A DNA stretch of 64,000 bases from Halocafeteria seosinensis (GCA_001687465.1 LVLI01000190.1:62001-126000); one strand, 5' to 3'. Positions 1 to 15,005 are shown, numbered from the stretch's first letter. Notes: generated from the letters alone by a model not told the origin. Program-made: numbers and translations.

Positions 1-1
1 T

Positions 2-3000
2 TGGCAAACAGTTGAAGTCATACGATTCAGCCAACTTCAAGGTTCTTCAGTAACGGAAGTCATACTCGGCCAAATATCTCAGCATTGTCATTGCCTGCGA
101 CATTTGTCTATCCCTAAGGCTTCTGGGTTAAATAGTGCTACAGCAAATAAGTTGCTCCAAGGACCTGGTTTCGTCAATTTGATTACCTTGGACTTAAGCT
201 TCTCGGACAATGTCGTCGATAGCGTAGTGTCGTCCGTAGCAAGGAGTTGCAACTATCTACGATCTCTAGATCTGCGCGGTTGTGCTTTCGTGGACGGAAA
301 GTGCTTTACAGACGTAGCCACTTTCTGTCCAAGCTTGTCAACACTCGATATATCCTGGTGCCCACATGTATCATACCGAGACTTACTCAGACTATTAGCT
401 TCCTGCCCTTTGCAGCGTCTTGCATGTAGAGGTGTGGGAAGAGGACTTTATGGGAGTTCAGACGCATCGGACTACTTCGAAACGGTGAAGTCTGATGTGC
501 AAGAACACTTACAAGACGCATCAGTTCCTCAGCCTGAGAACCATCCGAGAGGAATTACATCCAGAATAACGAATGCACAGACCAGCAGAACAAGCAGGAC
601 AGCAAAAACTGGCTACACCACATCCTCCTTCGATACAGCAAAGGCTTCGTTCTCCCAGAAATGCACAACAGCGTATCGAGAGGCGTTTGTCGAATGGAGT
701 GCAGTAGTGCGGCATTCTAAATCGAGATCAGATGTAGCAGAAGACGCACAAACCTTAAAGGACACTGTCTCGAGTATGAGAAATTCGTTGCTTCAGGGCG
801 AGTTCCCTGAAGACGCATATCGTCTTGAAGAACAAGGATACTACGTAAGGATATCTGTCCCAGTGGGAGAGGGACTGGGCAATGGAGAGTGGCTGAAGCA
901 GTCGCTAATGGGAGCTAATATACAGCTTCAACTTTCTCTACGGAGACTTGACCTTGAGGGATGTATCGGTGTGTCCGATACGGCGCTAATTTCACTGGTG
1001 TACAACTGCAAGCAGTTGGAGCATCTGCGATGTGGCCACTGTCCGAAGCTAACCGCTGCTTCGACTACCGCCTTAGCAGTTTTCGGTCGACACCTTAAAA
1101 CGCTGAACATGTCGTACTGTTTCAATATTTCTTCGCCAATTGTGGACGAGGACATTACTTACGAGCTCGCTAAGCGTGCTAGGTTATTGAAAGGTCAGAG
1201 TCATATTCCGGCTAAGAAGTATGATCACAGTTTTGTGGAGGGACTCTCGCTTTTAATTCAGAAGGGTCTGAAGCGCCGCGACCGGCGACAATTAGCTATG
1301 GATGAAAAGCTTCCGGTAGATAACGACGGTTTCGACCCTGACGACAGCATAGCGGAGAAAAAGCGAGAAAAAAGACGCCGTGAGCTAGAGGGGTTCCATC
1401 CTCAGTGGACTCTCCTTGAGAGTATCAACTTCTCTGGGTGTCCAGGCATCCAAGAACAGGACATAATTGGTCTCTTACGCACTTGTGGTGATATAAGGGA
1501 TTTAAGCATCGAAGGTCTCCACCAAGTAACAGTGAGGTCATTCCAGAACCTCCACGAAAACAATTTTAGCCTCTCCTCGGTTTGTTTCAGATGGATACCG
1601 GGAATTGATAATGACTCAGTTACACTGCTATCCGAACAATGCCCAGACTTAACAAGGATTGACGTTACAGGATGTACTGGGGTTTCCAATACCGCGATTG
1701 TAGCTCTAGCATCAAACTGCACATCACTGAGGGAAGTGAGACTTAGCTTTTGTTCAGAGGAGATAAGAGATGGGTCTTTACTATTTTTATGCCGACAATG
1801 TCGATCTATCGAAGTACTCGAATGTGCGAAGAGAGTTCCGGACGTAAATATGCCACCGATTCCTCTGCGAGGAGACGAAACTAATTCAGACGATCCAACA
1901 TCATACCCCGCTTTTGGTTACAAGGGGAACATGTTTCTTTTCTTGCTAACCATTGGGCTGTATTGTCCCTTCCTCAGAGAGCTAGACATTTCGGGCCGGC
2001 GGATCCCGCTCTGTGAATACGACGCAAAGAAGGATGGGCTTTATAAACTGGAACACTCTCTGAGCGCTCGGGAAGCACTAGACCGTGAGGGGTTTGCAAT
2101 TACTGGAGAATTCGCAGGGATCAAGGTGGGACCGGCACAAACACAACAAAATCAAAACCAAAGAGACTTGTACCGTGAGTTGAGAGGAAAATTGGCCGCT
2201 ACCATGAACAAAACTGAAAGTCTAGAAAGTCTCTTTCATATACGCCAAGACGAGCGTGGCCCAAAGCCTTGCGAGGCCATCTTCCAGTTTCTCAGCCGAC
2301 TATTCGTGCGACAGAGTGGCCAGTTTAATCGAAAACAGTTTAGGGTTATTGTTTCTGAATCTCCCAACCTCTTGTTCTTGGACGCCACAAATTGCGATGG
2401 TGCCACGGTACAAGATGTCTCAACTATTGCTTCTTCTCGGCCATTCGCTGAATTGGTCCTGGAACTGGAAAGCTCCGATGAAGCCTTGCTTAATGAACAG
2501 TCGAAACCGACCAACGAAGAGTTTGGTACATCACAGGAAACAGATAAGCAGTTAGAGGTATGGGGTAGCTCACAAATGTCTGGACCCGGCTCCAGCCAGC
2601 TGGAGCAACCTTCCACGAAATCACGGTCCGGCTTGAAAGGAAGCAGTAGACGGGACCTTACAGTGAGGCTTACCGAGCGCTCAAAAGCTACGGACAAAAC
2701 GAAGAATACCAGTAGGACTACGAGATCAAGAGATACACTGAACAAAAGTACTTCTCGCGTGAAGGAAGGGAAACAAAGCATAGAGAGTGTGCCTACGTCG
2801 TTGCTTCCTCAGAACCTGGGAGAGACACCATTCAGTCCCGTTCAGCCTCCAGGGTTTCCCGGAGAGACCGAAGGTCCATTCAGTAATTTCAATATCGGTA
2901 AGACACTGGTAGATCCGGAGGGGGCAAAAGGGTCAAAACAAAAGTCAGTCGCTCTTCCGAACGAGAAATCACTTCCTCGGAGCGCTATGGTAGGGATGTA

Positions 3001-6000
3001 TCCCATTGTCGGTTCGCAATACTATATCAGGACAGATGCTATATTGATGAGATTGGGTATCGAGCGGAAATGCGCCGTAATGATTCAACGCATGTTTCGG
3101 CATTTCACCGGCTCGAAACCGCAAATTAGGTACTTTGTTGATAGGCGGATACGCATCAGGTACTGGCTCAAGGCAAATTCTGCCAGCAGAACGATTTCGA
3201 AGTTCCTCCGACACACGTCCTCCCGGAACTCGGAGAGAAGGGATGCAGCTGTCAAGCAGTTGCAATATTGGAGCCGCAGATGCCTTTTGACGTTGCGATG
3301 CAGAAAGAGAGCAAAATTGAACACAGGCATAAAAAACAGGACGGCCACAAAGAACCTAGCAGTGTCGTTGCTGGATTCGGCGGCACGGAGAATCTGGAAG
3401 CGATTAGGTTTAGAATGGCTTAGGCTTCAGACTCTTGTTGGGCGGTGGGAGGATGAGAGACAGGCTGCAATGCTTAGGAAACTTCACCCCAAGTATCATC
3501 CGGATGGAAAGCTACGAGTACAATTTGCATTTCCTGTGGATGGTCCTGAGATACTAGGTGAAACGGTAACAAAGGCTGCTACCTTCTTTGAGGCCGGAGC
3601 GAACGTCTCAAAGGACTCCGGACCTCAACGTTCCTTCCCATCTTCCCCTGGGGAACGAACCGTTGACGCGAAGCCACAGGAAATAAGAACAATAATATCA
3701 TATATCAACGACAGTGAGCTGCTGAAGAGGATAAGCGCTCATGGGCATGTTTTTCTTAGAGAGCATGAAGTTAACCTCGGAGAGTCACACTACCAACGCG
3801 TGGACGTTTCTCCCGCAATGCTCTCGGAGTTCATGACGGAGCTTACAAGCGTTTGCGGGCAGCCCAAAGCTGTGCGCTCCGCAGATTTGAGACCATACCT
3901 CAAGGGGCCTGTGGCGAATTATCCCGGCCTCCTCTGGGAGCCCATGGAAAGCGTTGAGCAACGCAAGACCAGAATTGCTACCAGAGGCTTTCGGAAACTA
4001 AAAGCAGCGTTCAGCAAAGCGTTTGGAATTAATCTTGATTCAGCGGCAAAGCGCTTGGAAGAAAGTAGAAACCTCAAGGAAGAGTTGCGAAGACGCAAGC
4101 GTGAAGAGCGGCGGAGGCTGACCCTCGTTGCTCAAGGAACTGCTGATCCCGAAGGAGCCGAGGCGTCCACTGGCCTGATCGAGGGTACTCCTGGTGCGTG
4201 GCCAGCAAATAAGCACTTGCCAGCAACTGAGAGCGTCCTGAATCCGTCTCTACGAAGGAAGGCAGTCCCCGGTAGCTCACAACTCGTACCGTTTAGGCCT
4301 TATCCTTATAGGGTCAGTTCAGGAATCGTGAGGACTTCAGTTGCACGTGTTTTGGTTCCAGGGAAAGCACAGAGACCTTCTTTTGTAGACAGGAACGACT
4401 TTTTGACAGATGTTCGTACAGGTACTTCAAGCGAGCTTCCTATGTTGATGGGAAAGGCACTGACTTCGTTGGAAAGACTTCACGGGGTGTTAGATCCAAA
4501 GATACTCGCGAGTGCTGCATTGCGTACTCTGAAGCCGGAGTTGGAACTGTTCATCTGTAATCGACATTTGAGACAAGAACGAAAGCAGCAATGGCTCAGT
4601 CAGGCTGAAGTTAAAGTATGGGAACGGCGTTTAAAAGTTTTCCAAAGGAAAATACGGTATCTATTGTTCGCTAAAATGGCAGCTAGAGAAACACAGCGGC
4701 TCGAGAACCTGTCGTACAGGAATTCTGAAGGAAAGTGGAACAGAAGAAAGTTTTACGAGTGGGGAGATGCCGGCATGCACTCTGCAAAACAGCTCTGGGC
4801 AATTGTTCTGATACAAAGTATTGCTCGAATGCATTCTGCAAGAATTTATGCTCTCAAATTACAGTTGGCAGCCGCTATCAAAACTGCTGAGGGGTACTTA
4901 AGAAGTGCGGGGGAAGCCCTTGTGCTAAGAACCGAGGAGACGGTGTCATCTGGAGTCTACGGCTTAGAACGGACAAAGAGGTTGCTGAGCAACGCACAAC
5001 AACTATTGGGATGGATACAAGAGGTAAGCAAGGTTGGAAAATACAGCAAATACGTGGAGGAGAAAAAGAAAACAGTCCAGTATATATGTGATACCCTTGA
5101 CGCATTATCCTTGCCGGATTCGGCAGAGAGCGTTTTGAATGACAATCTAAAGCAGCAGATAGATAAGGCTGTGACTATGCTCGAGTCAATGTTTTCTTAC
5201 AAGAACGAACAGGAAATTGTTCTCTATGGGCTAGACCGCGGATATGACTTAATGGGACTGATTAGGATATCTACGAAGAAGTCCACATTAGGGATGCTAT
5301 GTAGACAAAAGGAGTCCAAAGTAATTCATTCGGTAACTGCTACTCAGTTCGCCGCTGAGCACAGTCCCACAGCGAGTGAAATGCTTGATTGGTACGGATT
5401 TAGCAATCCTGGTGGATACTCGATTCAGAAAACTAAGAAGCCGACGAGAAGACAATCGGCAGCGATGCGTCGTGCATCGTTAACAGGGCAGATAAAGGAC
5501 GTACGGCTACTTAAAGAGTGGGACCAAGCTGATGTTCCGGAAGAACACCTGGCACGTGATCTCCGGAGACAACATATCCGGTATAATAGCGTATGCATGA
5601 ACGTCCTTGAATTGCAAGATTTCCGAGATGGTTTCCACGATCGTGCCTTCTTGTTTCAACTTTTTCAACGTTACTATCTTGGTTCAATTCGAAGTCGAAG
5701 TGTTCTGAAGGGACTAAACGAATGCTGCACTCTACTAGCAGCGAACAACACGGGAAGACTCCATCGCTTGACGGTGGAGACTACCTTAAGTCTGCAGAGA
5801 TGGAGGAAATGTCACTCCCGCATGAATAGGCAATTCGCTGAGTTACCTCACTTATCTGACTTTTTCGTAAAAGAAAAGCGCTTCCGCTTGGAGTTTCGAT
5901 TTAACGTCTTACAGTCTCGCATAACGTCAGGGGAGGGTTTGAGAAATTTTCTCACTGATGTCTCCAGGGCATTGCGTAGCTCAGCGCGAGGGACGGAGAC

Positions 6001-9000
6001 CGCTAAGAGTGGCATTGCATCAAGACAGGAATATGAAAAACAAAAGCTACAAGAAGGCTTGGAGCACCTATCTGAGTGTAAACGTGTATTACTGTTTATA
6101 CATAAACGACTTGACAAATTACGGAAGCTCTCTGGCGACAATGGAAACCCCCAGGATGCGGACGAGTCAGCTTTACCTTCAGAAAGCACTCAGGTGTTGA
6201 AAAGTACTTCCATTGCGTTGAAACGACGACGTACGGCAAGAAACTTGCGTGGGGCTCTTGCATCCTCAGAGAAGCAGCAGGATGAAGATGACGACGTCAA
6301 CAGGAGCGAGAAGGAAAGAAATGCAGAAAGGAGATGGTTGACGGTGGAAGAGAACGAGATACGGTCTTGTATTCAACGGATAGAAGCTTTTCTGCAGTTT
6401 CTTATCAGAAAGAAACTGGATCGCTCCAAACAAGAGTTAGAGTGCATCAAATCTCTTCGAGATTCCTCTCAGGAATTAGTCGTTATCCAGCAAGAATTCA
6501 CTCAGAAGAACATTGAAAGCTCCCAACTGTCACTGGAGCTTTTATGCATAGACTTTTATCAAAAGTATCAACAGATAAGCAGAAGAGACACCATCGATCA
6601 TAAAATTCCAAGGAATTCCTCACAACCTCTTGCTCACATACGCAGGATATCTTGCAGCAAACGTGGCCAAGAGATCACAGGTAAGCTTTGCGAAAAACAC
6701 GGTGCTGTTTTCTTCCAATAGCATTGTATGTTAAATACAGATGACCCCGTTTCAGCGTCTATGCTGAAGGTAGCTTTAGGAGGGTACCAAAGCAGCGTCC
6801 ACGAAAATCCAAGGATTGTAAAAGCCGCTCAACAACCCATGCCGTATGCCCCTAGGGACGAAGAAATAACGATTTCAACAGGAGGTCCTCGAAGAGCCAG
6901 GGTACAGACGGTACGGATCTGGTATCCTCCCAAGCCACGACGTTTCCGGCATGCAAATGCCACTGCCACTACCGGAAGCAAAACATTCTACAGCATCGGA
7001 GAAGACGGCGAGGAATTTGGAAATAGCGGTTTCTGGTATTGGGGCGAAGATTCTGGTGAGATTTACGGCCTGTTTGGCGTGAAGATAAAATTTAATCAGC
7101 CTGGTAACTCACCAGGTTCCAAGCAAGCGCATCTGACGGGAGGAAAAGGAAAAGTCGTCTTTGACGCCAGTCCAGTGCATCGCGTTCTGGAGAATCTTCC
7201 AATGGCTCCTTCCGCGAGTAGTCCTTCGCCATCAGCAAAAGTAAGGAAACAGAGTAGAAGGATAGAGCCTCCACGGGATGCTCTGCCTTTACTGTGGGAC
7301 ACGTCGATGCTGCCGAGGGATGGAATCTTCGACTCAGCCGAAATGCTGGATAGATTGAGAAGAACAATACATTCTGAAAAGATGCAGGCCCCGCCAAGGT
7401 CTCAACCACCTTCGGCATCTCTACTCATCTTAGAAAAGAACCTTAAACACGACACCACCTTTGGAGAGTACGATGCAATATTTGGCTGGTCCGCTAAGGC
7501 GATAGGAGGCCAAAAAGAATCCTACAGTTTCCTGGGACTGGAAGGCCCCGTTGCTAGAGAGCTAGAGGAACCCAAACAAAAAAAGGAAAAGCGGCGTCGG
7601 GTTTCTAGCGTTATTGCGTCAGGCGAGGAGCTATATTCACTACTAGATCAAATTGGGGAAGGGAAGCAAGAGGAGGACACTTTGGAGGCTGCCCAGCAAT
7701 CGGAATTCTTCCCTTGGTGGCAGTATCCCAAGGAATGGAAACTTTGCTGGTCCTTCGATACTACTACTTGTTGGGGATTTACGTTCTACTACCATGTGCA
7801 ATCTGAGACACCTATGTGGAGTCCCCCGACGAAGCTCCAACATGAAAAGTTTTGCCAGGATGTTGCAGCAAAGCGAAAACAAGCACAAGAGTTGGAACTA
7901 CGCAAACAGAACGCAACTAACTTGACAACACACAGGAACATGATGGAAGCCGAAGATAAGAGGGCTCAAGTGTGGAGAGAGCACCATATGATCAGAGACA
8001 GCGCTTGGAGGGAAGCACACGAGGTCAGCATTTCAGCCCCATCAGCGTTGAGCTTCTTGAAATCACTAGATATCAGTCTACTCAGAGATGTACTCCTCCT
8101 TAATCTAGTTCCTGCAGAGTTAACCGCAGATAGTACTAGCGGGAATGACGTGCAGAGGCGGATTAATCACATCATCAGCTTAGTCGAAGACCGAACACAT
8201 ACATCGCACCAGCTCACCCTTTTGAAGAACGCCTATGCTTCTTCTGTGCTGGTCCAAGAAATTGTGCAAGCCGCAGAGGGCCTGACAAATGCGACTCCGT
8301 TACCAGAATTTGCATTTCGCATCTTTTCTTGCTTTTGGAAAAGAGCAGAATTGAACAGGTTTAAGGACTTGTTAGCTGAAATGCAAGCAGAAGCAGATTT
8401 AGTAGATACTCCGGCATGGTGGGAAATGGTGGGCGTTCAAAAAAGAATAAGCGATTGTTATCAAGCTTTCGGAGGAGGTGAAAAATATGCAGGCAGTTTA
8501 GAATTGTACGCTGAAAATGTGAAACATCAACTTGTTAACGTGCAACAGCGCTTAAGTGAGCTAAAGCAGAAAAAGCATGATAATGAAGATGTGGTACACG
8601 ATCAACTGGATAAGTTAAAGCATCTGTCTCAGAGAGATGAAAGCGAGTTCCCTATGGTCGTCAAGAAAACGAGAAGTAGATCAGAAAATTACACCAGCAA
8701 CATTGCCTACGAAAACTTTAGAAAAGCGGCAGAACAAAAAATTGCTGAAGCGAAAGAGAATTTGGATGCAAAGTTGCTGGAAAAAGCTCAGAAACTGTTC
8801 CCTGATGAGTACCTGGAAAACCCTTCTCTAGAATGGGCGAAGTACTTGCTAACCCAAAGGGCAAAAGCGAGGAAACAAGAAGGCACTGCGGAAACCGAAG
8901 TAGACAGTGATGAAGAGGAATTCAACCAGTGGAAAAACCAGGTGGGTTCCTCGTATAGCTCAGTTGGCTTTAGGGGCATCGTCGGCTCAGATGGCAGCCT

Positions 9001-11038
9001 CTTGCTTTGGGCGGGGAATGGAGCAGAATTCTTCAGGGACAAGTGGATGGAACGATACCGAGTAAAGCCTTGGATCAGCAATAGTGATGACCTGAATACT
9101 ATTTTGCAGTCCGAGCAAACTGATTCCTGTGTCCAAAACGCTGACAACCTTCTTTCGTCCATACGGCAGCGGCGTGCCGCCCGGCGCGCGCAGCAAGTAC
9201 ACCACCCAGAATCTAAGAATGAAGAGGCCAAAGCCGTAGCCAGCGGATTGGTGAAACTGCGCCGTAAGCTGGCGAAGGAGAAGCGCCACAAAGACGAATT
9301 TGCGGAGACTCTTAGCCAGCAACGCGAAGCAGAAAGAAACGAGGAACTCGCAAAGCTGACGCTGCAGGAAGAGGAGAGTTCGGGTAAGGTATCTCACGCG
9401 ACACTATCCGGCGCCGCTCGCTATGCAGCCAGAGCTGCAAGGCAAAAGGCCCTTAAGGCGCTGAAGAGCGAATTTGCTGGAACTGACAGGTCTCAATTCT
9501 TCAAGAAGAAAATCAAAGAACAAGGAGTTATTGAGGGTATTAGAGAATTCCGCATTACATGTGGTTGTTTCCAAGCTTTAGACTTTGCTGACAAACAAAT
9601 TGAGCAGTGTCAGAAAGGAGAAGAGTACTTCGTGCTGTTCCCCTACGATCTGGGAGCTTCCCCTGTTCATCCAGTTTACTTGTGGTATCAGAGAACAACT
9701 GATCAGAGTGAAATGGTGGGGCACATGCTATTTGCTACCAATGATTCCCTCAAGACTCTGACTGACGACCTCAAGTTCTACGGATACCAGCGAACTGAGG
9801 AAAGGCATGCCTTCAAGGATAGAGCCCTATGGCACATTCACGGAACAGGGAGACCTGTTACTGCTATGTCTTGCGCCTACGGTGAAAAAGGGAAGAAAGA
9901 TTTGCAGTCGCGCGGCTTCCAGCAAGTCGAGGGGTCACCAGGAAATTCGCCGTGGATAAACAGTAAATTCAGTCTGTGGTGTCGTTATGCGGTTCAACGC
10001 AAACCAGAAGCAACTCCAAAAGGAAAAGACTTAATTAGGTTACAACAAGGCAGAAGTAAGGTTTTACCCCTTGTCTCGAAAGCGTTGTCTAGAAGAGTGC
10101 AATGGTACCGAGACAATAACGTGAGTGTTCCAGAAAAGCTACTCCAAGGCTTTCAGAAAATCAAATTCGATGTAGCGAAAACGGCTGGAAGCTTCAAGGA
10201 CTGTGGCGAGGAGTCCATGATTCGCGCCGCAGAACAAGTCTTAAAACTGAAGGACGCAGATATTGCGTCTCTCAGAAATGAGTATGATCGCATTAGACGA
10301 AGCAATCCTCGGGAAGGAGAAGCAGTTGACATGTCCACTATATATCGATACTCCGGGATTAGAAAAACGCACATACATGAAATCATCTTCTTATGGTTGG
10401 ACAAACAGTTTGAGAAGCAGCTGACGTTTGCCACTTTCTTGAGAACGATTGTTACATTTTGCATCATGGACCGGGAAGAATTGCTCCGTTTCCTTTTCTA
10501 CATCTTCGCCCTCAACCTGCTCAGTGATGTTAAGTATTTCGTCCAGCGCCAGTTCTACGACAAAGATGGAAGCCGAATGAAAGTATATTTCTGGGACGGA
10601 GTGGAAGCGTGGGATGGAACGGGAGACCGGGAAGCTAATGATACACTTCCAGTTGCATGCTTCGAGGCTCTAATGAAGTTTATTTTACCTGTGAATAGTG
10701 AATTCCGGCCACATGCCCTTGTTGCTATTGACGATGCATACATGGTTGGAAAGGACAATGTGCTGACGTATCAGCAGTTCACCGAGCTCGTTGATGCTTA
10801 TGAGCCATTATTTGATGACATTTTTAATATGCAGCTGGCATTCAGAAGCTCGATAATGGAGACCCACTTTTGGCACGGAAGGTCCCAGCGCTTCGGTGCC
10901 TCGAGATCTAGGATGCTTCCTACTTCAAACATTCCGCTTGACGTTACCGAATCACAGGAAAGCAAGCTAGCGTTACTACCACAGAAGTCGTTGAGGAACT
11001 TGAAGAGGCAACCAACGCTGAGGGATTTGAATGCGTGA
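2..11038 (+). CDS. Giant multidomain protein (5'-partial, ~3,658 aa visible): cysteine-containing LRRs, IQ motifs, WW domain, coiled coils, C-terminal EF-hand/calcineurin-B-like region
   Basis: The frame is open from nt 2. ORFs 104-6721 and 6728-11038 join in frame across a 60-nt GTAAGC...TACAG intron (6681-6740). LRR repeats of the type LxxLDLxGC; IQ-like AVMIQRMFR and VLIQSIARM; WW domain YPKEWK...FYYHVQSETPMWSPP (~7721-7828). Confidence 0.85.
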
Positions 11039-11085
11039 ACACAGACAGCAAACATATGGCTTAGACAGGGCATGTATTTTGGATT

Positions 11086-13245
11086 CTAGCTAGGCAAATC
11101 ATCTTCTAAGAACCGATATTCAAAAGTAAAGTCCTGCCTAACTCTAGAGCACCAACCTGTTTCTTGGTCGAAATATACATAAGCTCCCTGTTCGTACTGC
11201 TCACTAGTAACTTCTGGTTCCTGGTACCGTCTGAACCACGTCAGGTACTTCTTATGGAATCTCCACCTTTGCTTCTTAAGCTGCTGAGCAGCTAGATACT
11301 GCTGGTACGTCCCTTGTTGGTAATAGAATATGAAAAATAAGGTATCTAGACCCAATTTTTCAAAAAGAGCGGGACTCTCCAGATGTGCCATAGGAACGGT
11401 CGTAAATGAAGGATGAGTCTTCGCAGGGTTACGTGGAGCATATGCTTTGGATCGTTCACTGTCACGGCTTTCAGGGAGAGTCGAAAGAGATGCTTGTAAG
11501 GCCGCAAGGTTTCTTTCGGATTCTTCAGCTGACGGCTGCGATGAAGGAGCGTCCAGTATCATACCGGGAACAATGCCATTTTCGTCGGGCGTCGGAATTT
11601 TCGTCCAATTTACGGTGGTGGACTGACTATGAGTATAAGTCTCGGTCGCAGTCGGCGAAGAACTAGCATCTGTCTGTACAGCGTTGGTGGCGGATTTTGT
11701 TTTGCCACCCTCCGACCCTTGGCTGGAGTCAGCGCGATCTCTAGATGCAGCACCCTTCAGTACTGCAGCCATAGATTCGCCTTGCCTCACTGTGCGAGTA
11801 CCAGCGGCACTTTGGGTTGCTGGCTGAGCCTGTGTAGCTTTTTTCAGTGGGGAAAACAAAGACGCTGCAGGAGCTGCCGTTGTAGCTTCCGCCGATGAGG
11901 TGGGAGTTCTTGCCTGACTACGTCCTGTTTGCTGTGTCTGAGAAGAAACGGCGTCCGATTCTACTTCAGATGTATGCTCCTTGTTCTGCGAAGCTTTCTT
12001 GCCAGAGCTTTTAGTTTCTGTGCTTCTATCTGACGCGTCCGTGTTCGCTGCTTGTCCGCTCTTCGTATCTGATGACTGGGTCTTCACATCCGAAAATTCA
12101 GCTGCGCTTCCTTTGCTACTCTCATCCTGATTGGACGCGTTCTGTGCATTGCTTTCCTCCTCAGCCAAGCGAGCTTTCTCATTCTTTGCCGATTGCTGAC
12201 GATCCAACGACTCGAACGGTTCATAGATATCGAGATCAGGGAAAAAGTCTGGCTCCTTCCATGCCTCTGCACTCACACACATACAACCACAAAAACCCAT
12301 GTGCTATATGCGGGTACTACATAGCGCGTTCGTGCGTCTCTTACCCATGTAGTATTGTATGTCGTCCTTGAGTCCGTCGATGTCACTAGGCTCAATCACT
12401 TCGTTCTCCAGCAGGCGTTCTAGTAACTCCATCTTTTCCACATGAAACCTGTGATTTCCTAATGCTTCAGCTAGCTCACTAAGCCTTTCCTCGTTAGGTT
12501 TCTTCTTGGACGACAGTTCCTCTATTTCTGCCTCCATGTCATCCGCCTGTACTTGAACGGCTAGTTCGTTGGAAGCAACATCTACAGTCGAGCCGATTTA
12601 TCGTCTTTCAACTTACCTCTTCGGTAAGAGTTTCTTTGCACTCCTGTAAGTACTCGAACGCTTCACGCCGTTTTCTCTGCGATGACAGCAAGAAATGATA
12701 CAGCAGAGAGCGAGCGTATCACACGTGCCAAGTGGACATACGCTCTCTGGTGTTTCCGGCATTCCTCGTTCCAATCCCTCTTTTGAGTATGCCTTTGTTT
12801 TCGACTCTCTTTCGCACTCTTTGAACTGTTCCATGCGTCTCTCTATGCGCTGAGTAACACATTAAGTGAATTGTAGATTAACGCCGTCTCTCGCTGAAGG
12901 CACCTGCTCTAAGGGCAGTAGTACTTACCTCTCGCGCCTCGATGAGAGGCTGCTTTTGCCTTACTTCACCTTTGCTGACCCATGATTTCACTTGTTCACG
13001 CAGTTTCTGCAGCTTCTTGATCTCCTTCTTCAATTCTGTCTCATATTTCTCCCGGAGAGCCTGAGAATCAGCTTCGTATACTTGCTCCCATGTCTGATCG
13101 AAGGCCACAATTCCCTCTTCGATCTTTTTCATGGTTTTCTCCACGTCCGCTGTGGGTACCCAACACACGGCATGTCATTGAAAGCGAGCTGTAATAGGGA
13201 CAAATGGCACCAGCACTCACCTTGGAGTTTCTTGGAAGCACTCAT
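11086..13245 (-). CDS. CNOT3: CCR4-NOT complex subunit 3 (Not3/Not5), about 5 introns
   Basis: Spliced N-terminus MSASKKLQ|ADVEKTMKKIEEG...LKKEIKKLQKLREQVKSW; MEQFKECERESKTKAYSKEGL; C-terminal NOT-box DTLFFIFYYQQGTYQQYLAAQQLKKQRWRFHKKYLTWF. Confidence 0.95.
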
Positions 13246-13746
13246 TTTCGCCTCTTTCTGGATGTGATAGCTGTCCAACCGCACGTCTCCGGAAGTCCTC
13301 CGTTCTCGTACGGCAATCTAGCGTTTCTCCTGGATATCGAGGATCTGGAAAGACCTCATCATAGCCTCCCAACACGGCAGAAAACAGGTCCAGTGCATAA
13401 TCTGAGTCGCTACACGACAATCTTTTCGTCACCTCAACCCAACGAGATTTCAAAAAAAAAAAAACTTTGAATTGAACGACCCGGGGGAAATGCAAAAACA
13501 AACCGGCGCAGTTTACATCAATCAGTAGAGTGATATACAAGGGGGAAAATGATTTGAATTAGGCCATTTGTGCATTTTATTTCTATCAATCGGAAGTTGA
13601 CCAAGGCGGTTCGAGCAGCTGCAGCAGGAGTACACAGCATCCTAACCATACCAACAATACTATACATTATTTAGAGCGGCAAAATTAATGCAATGTACAA
13701 CTTTCTTTGTCCTTCTCGAAATTCCACAGTGTCCGTGGTCTGCATC

Positions 13747-14443
13747 TTATTTCTTCCCCTCTGTTGAGAGTTTAATCGTGGTGGGAGCTATGGGTGCTGA
13801 CTGTTGTGGGTCTCGGTTCTCGGCGTTGCTGATGCTCATATTGGTGGTCTGTCCCTGAGACTCTTCGTATTCCACTTGTTGCTGCAAGCACATGGATGCG
13901 TCATTCATCAGTTCGAATACAAACTTTGCGGTCAGGTCATGGTGGTTTGAGCGACGCTTACCTTGTAGGAAATCATGAGCGATTTGAACTCTTCAAAGTC
14001 TCCCATCGATATTAGTAGATCAAATATGTCAGCGTTGAGTTCATCTGCAGCCCAGAACTAGAGCCGTACTTTGAGCCAAGACAAAGACATGGCCGCATGC
14101 AATTGAGCTTACCTCCCCTCTCACTCAGCATCTCTTGGAACCTCTCCATATCAAAATCAGGGACCTCCGCTGTTAACTGCTCCTCTAACATGCTCTCCAG
14201 CATGGATGTGTATCGCTCAAACAGTTCCATATAGGACAGTTTGTTCTCTTCTGTATCATGTTCGTCGAATTCCTTGCAATTCGTCCTACAAAATGTCTCA
14301 TGACGGTGTCGAAAATCTTCACTAAGTACAATTTTTTCTAAAGCCCCCACCACTCGATCAAAGTATTGGTCCTCCGGAGAGCCTCCTGAACCCTCCATGA
14401 CCGTCTCCTCCTCATGCATGTACTCCTGATGTCCGTTATCCAT
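13747..14443 (-). CDS. ARL2BP: ARL2-binding (BART-domain) protein, 2 introns
   Basis: FDRVVGALEKIVLSEDF...EENKLSYMELFERYTSMLE...DFDMERF is a BART domain; the spliced C-terminus ends ...STEGKK* at 13747. The start codon is inferred. Confidence 0.8.
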
Positions 14444-15005
14444 CTCGAATATATTTGTAGCTTTCTTATCACCCTTTATAAACGTCAACAATCCTGTTTA
14501 AACACCTTTGAGTTAGGCGGAGACTTGCAAGTGCTACTTCAACCACCAGAAGAGTGGACTTCCGAACAAGATAGTGTAAGACACGGTACCACAGCCATCG
14601 CACACTCTGATGCGGTGATGGTCTTTAGCTCTAACGTAGAGCTAGCACTACTACTGCTGGTGGTGGAAGAGCAGTCCGCGGGAACACACGCTAATATGCA
14701 AGCAACGAGTTGAGCGCTGTATATTCATTTCAAGTCCTTTGGTGGGGAACGTTCATGTTCATAAGAAGTGTCTGCATGCGAAACAGTGATGCTGTAGTGG
14801 TGAACACGTTCGAAGACGAATATGCGATCAAGCGAAAACGAGGAAAAAGTGTGTTCCACACCTCTCCTATAGCAGAGCTTGATAATCATTGCAGTCAGCA
14901 AGAGTAACAATACAATGACAGTATGCTCTGCAGCGTTGGAGTTACTTCGCTGCTGTGGCCGGAAACGTATTACAAAGTACCTACATTTTATTCAAGACAT
15001 CGCTC

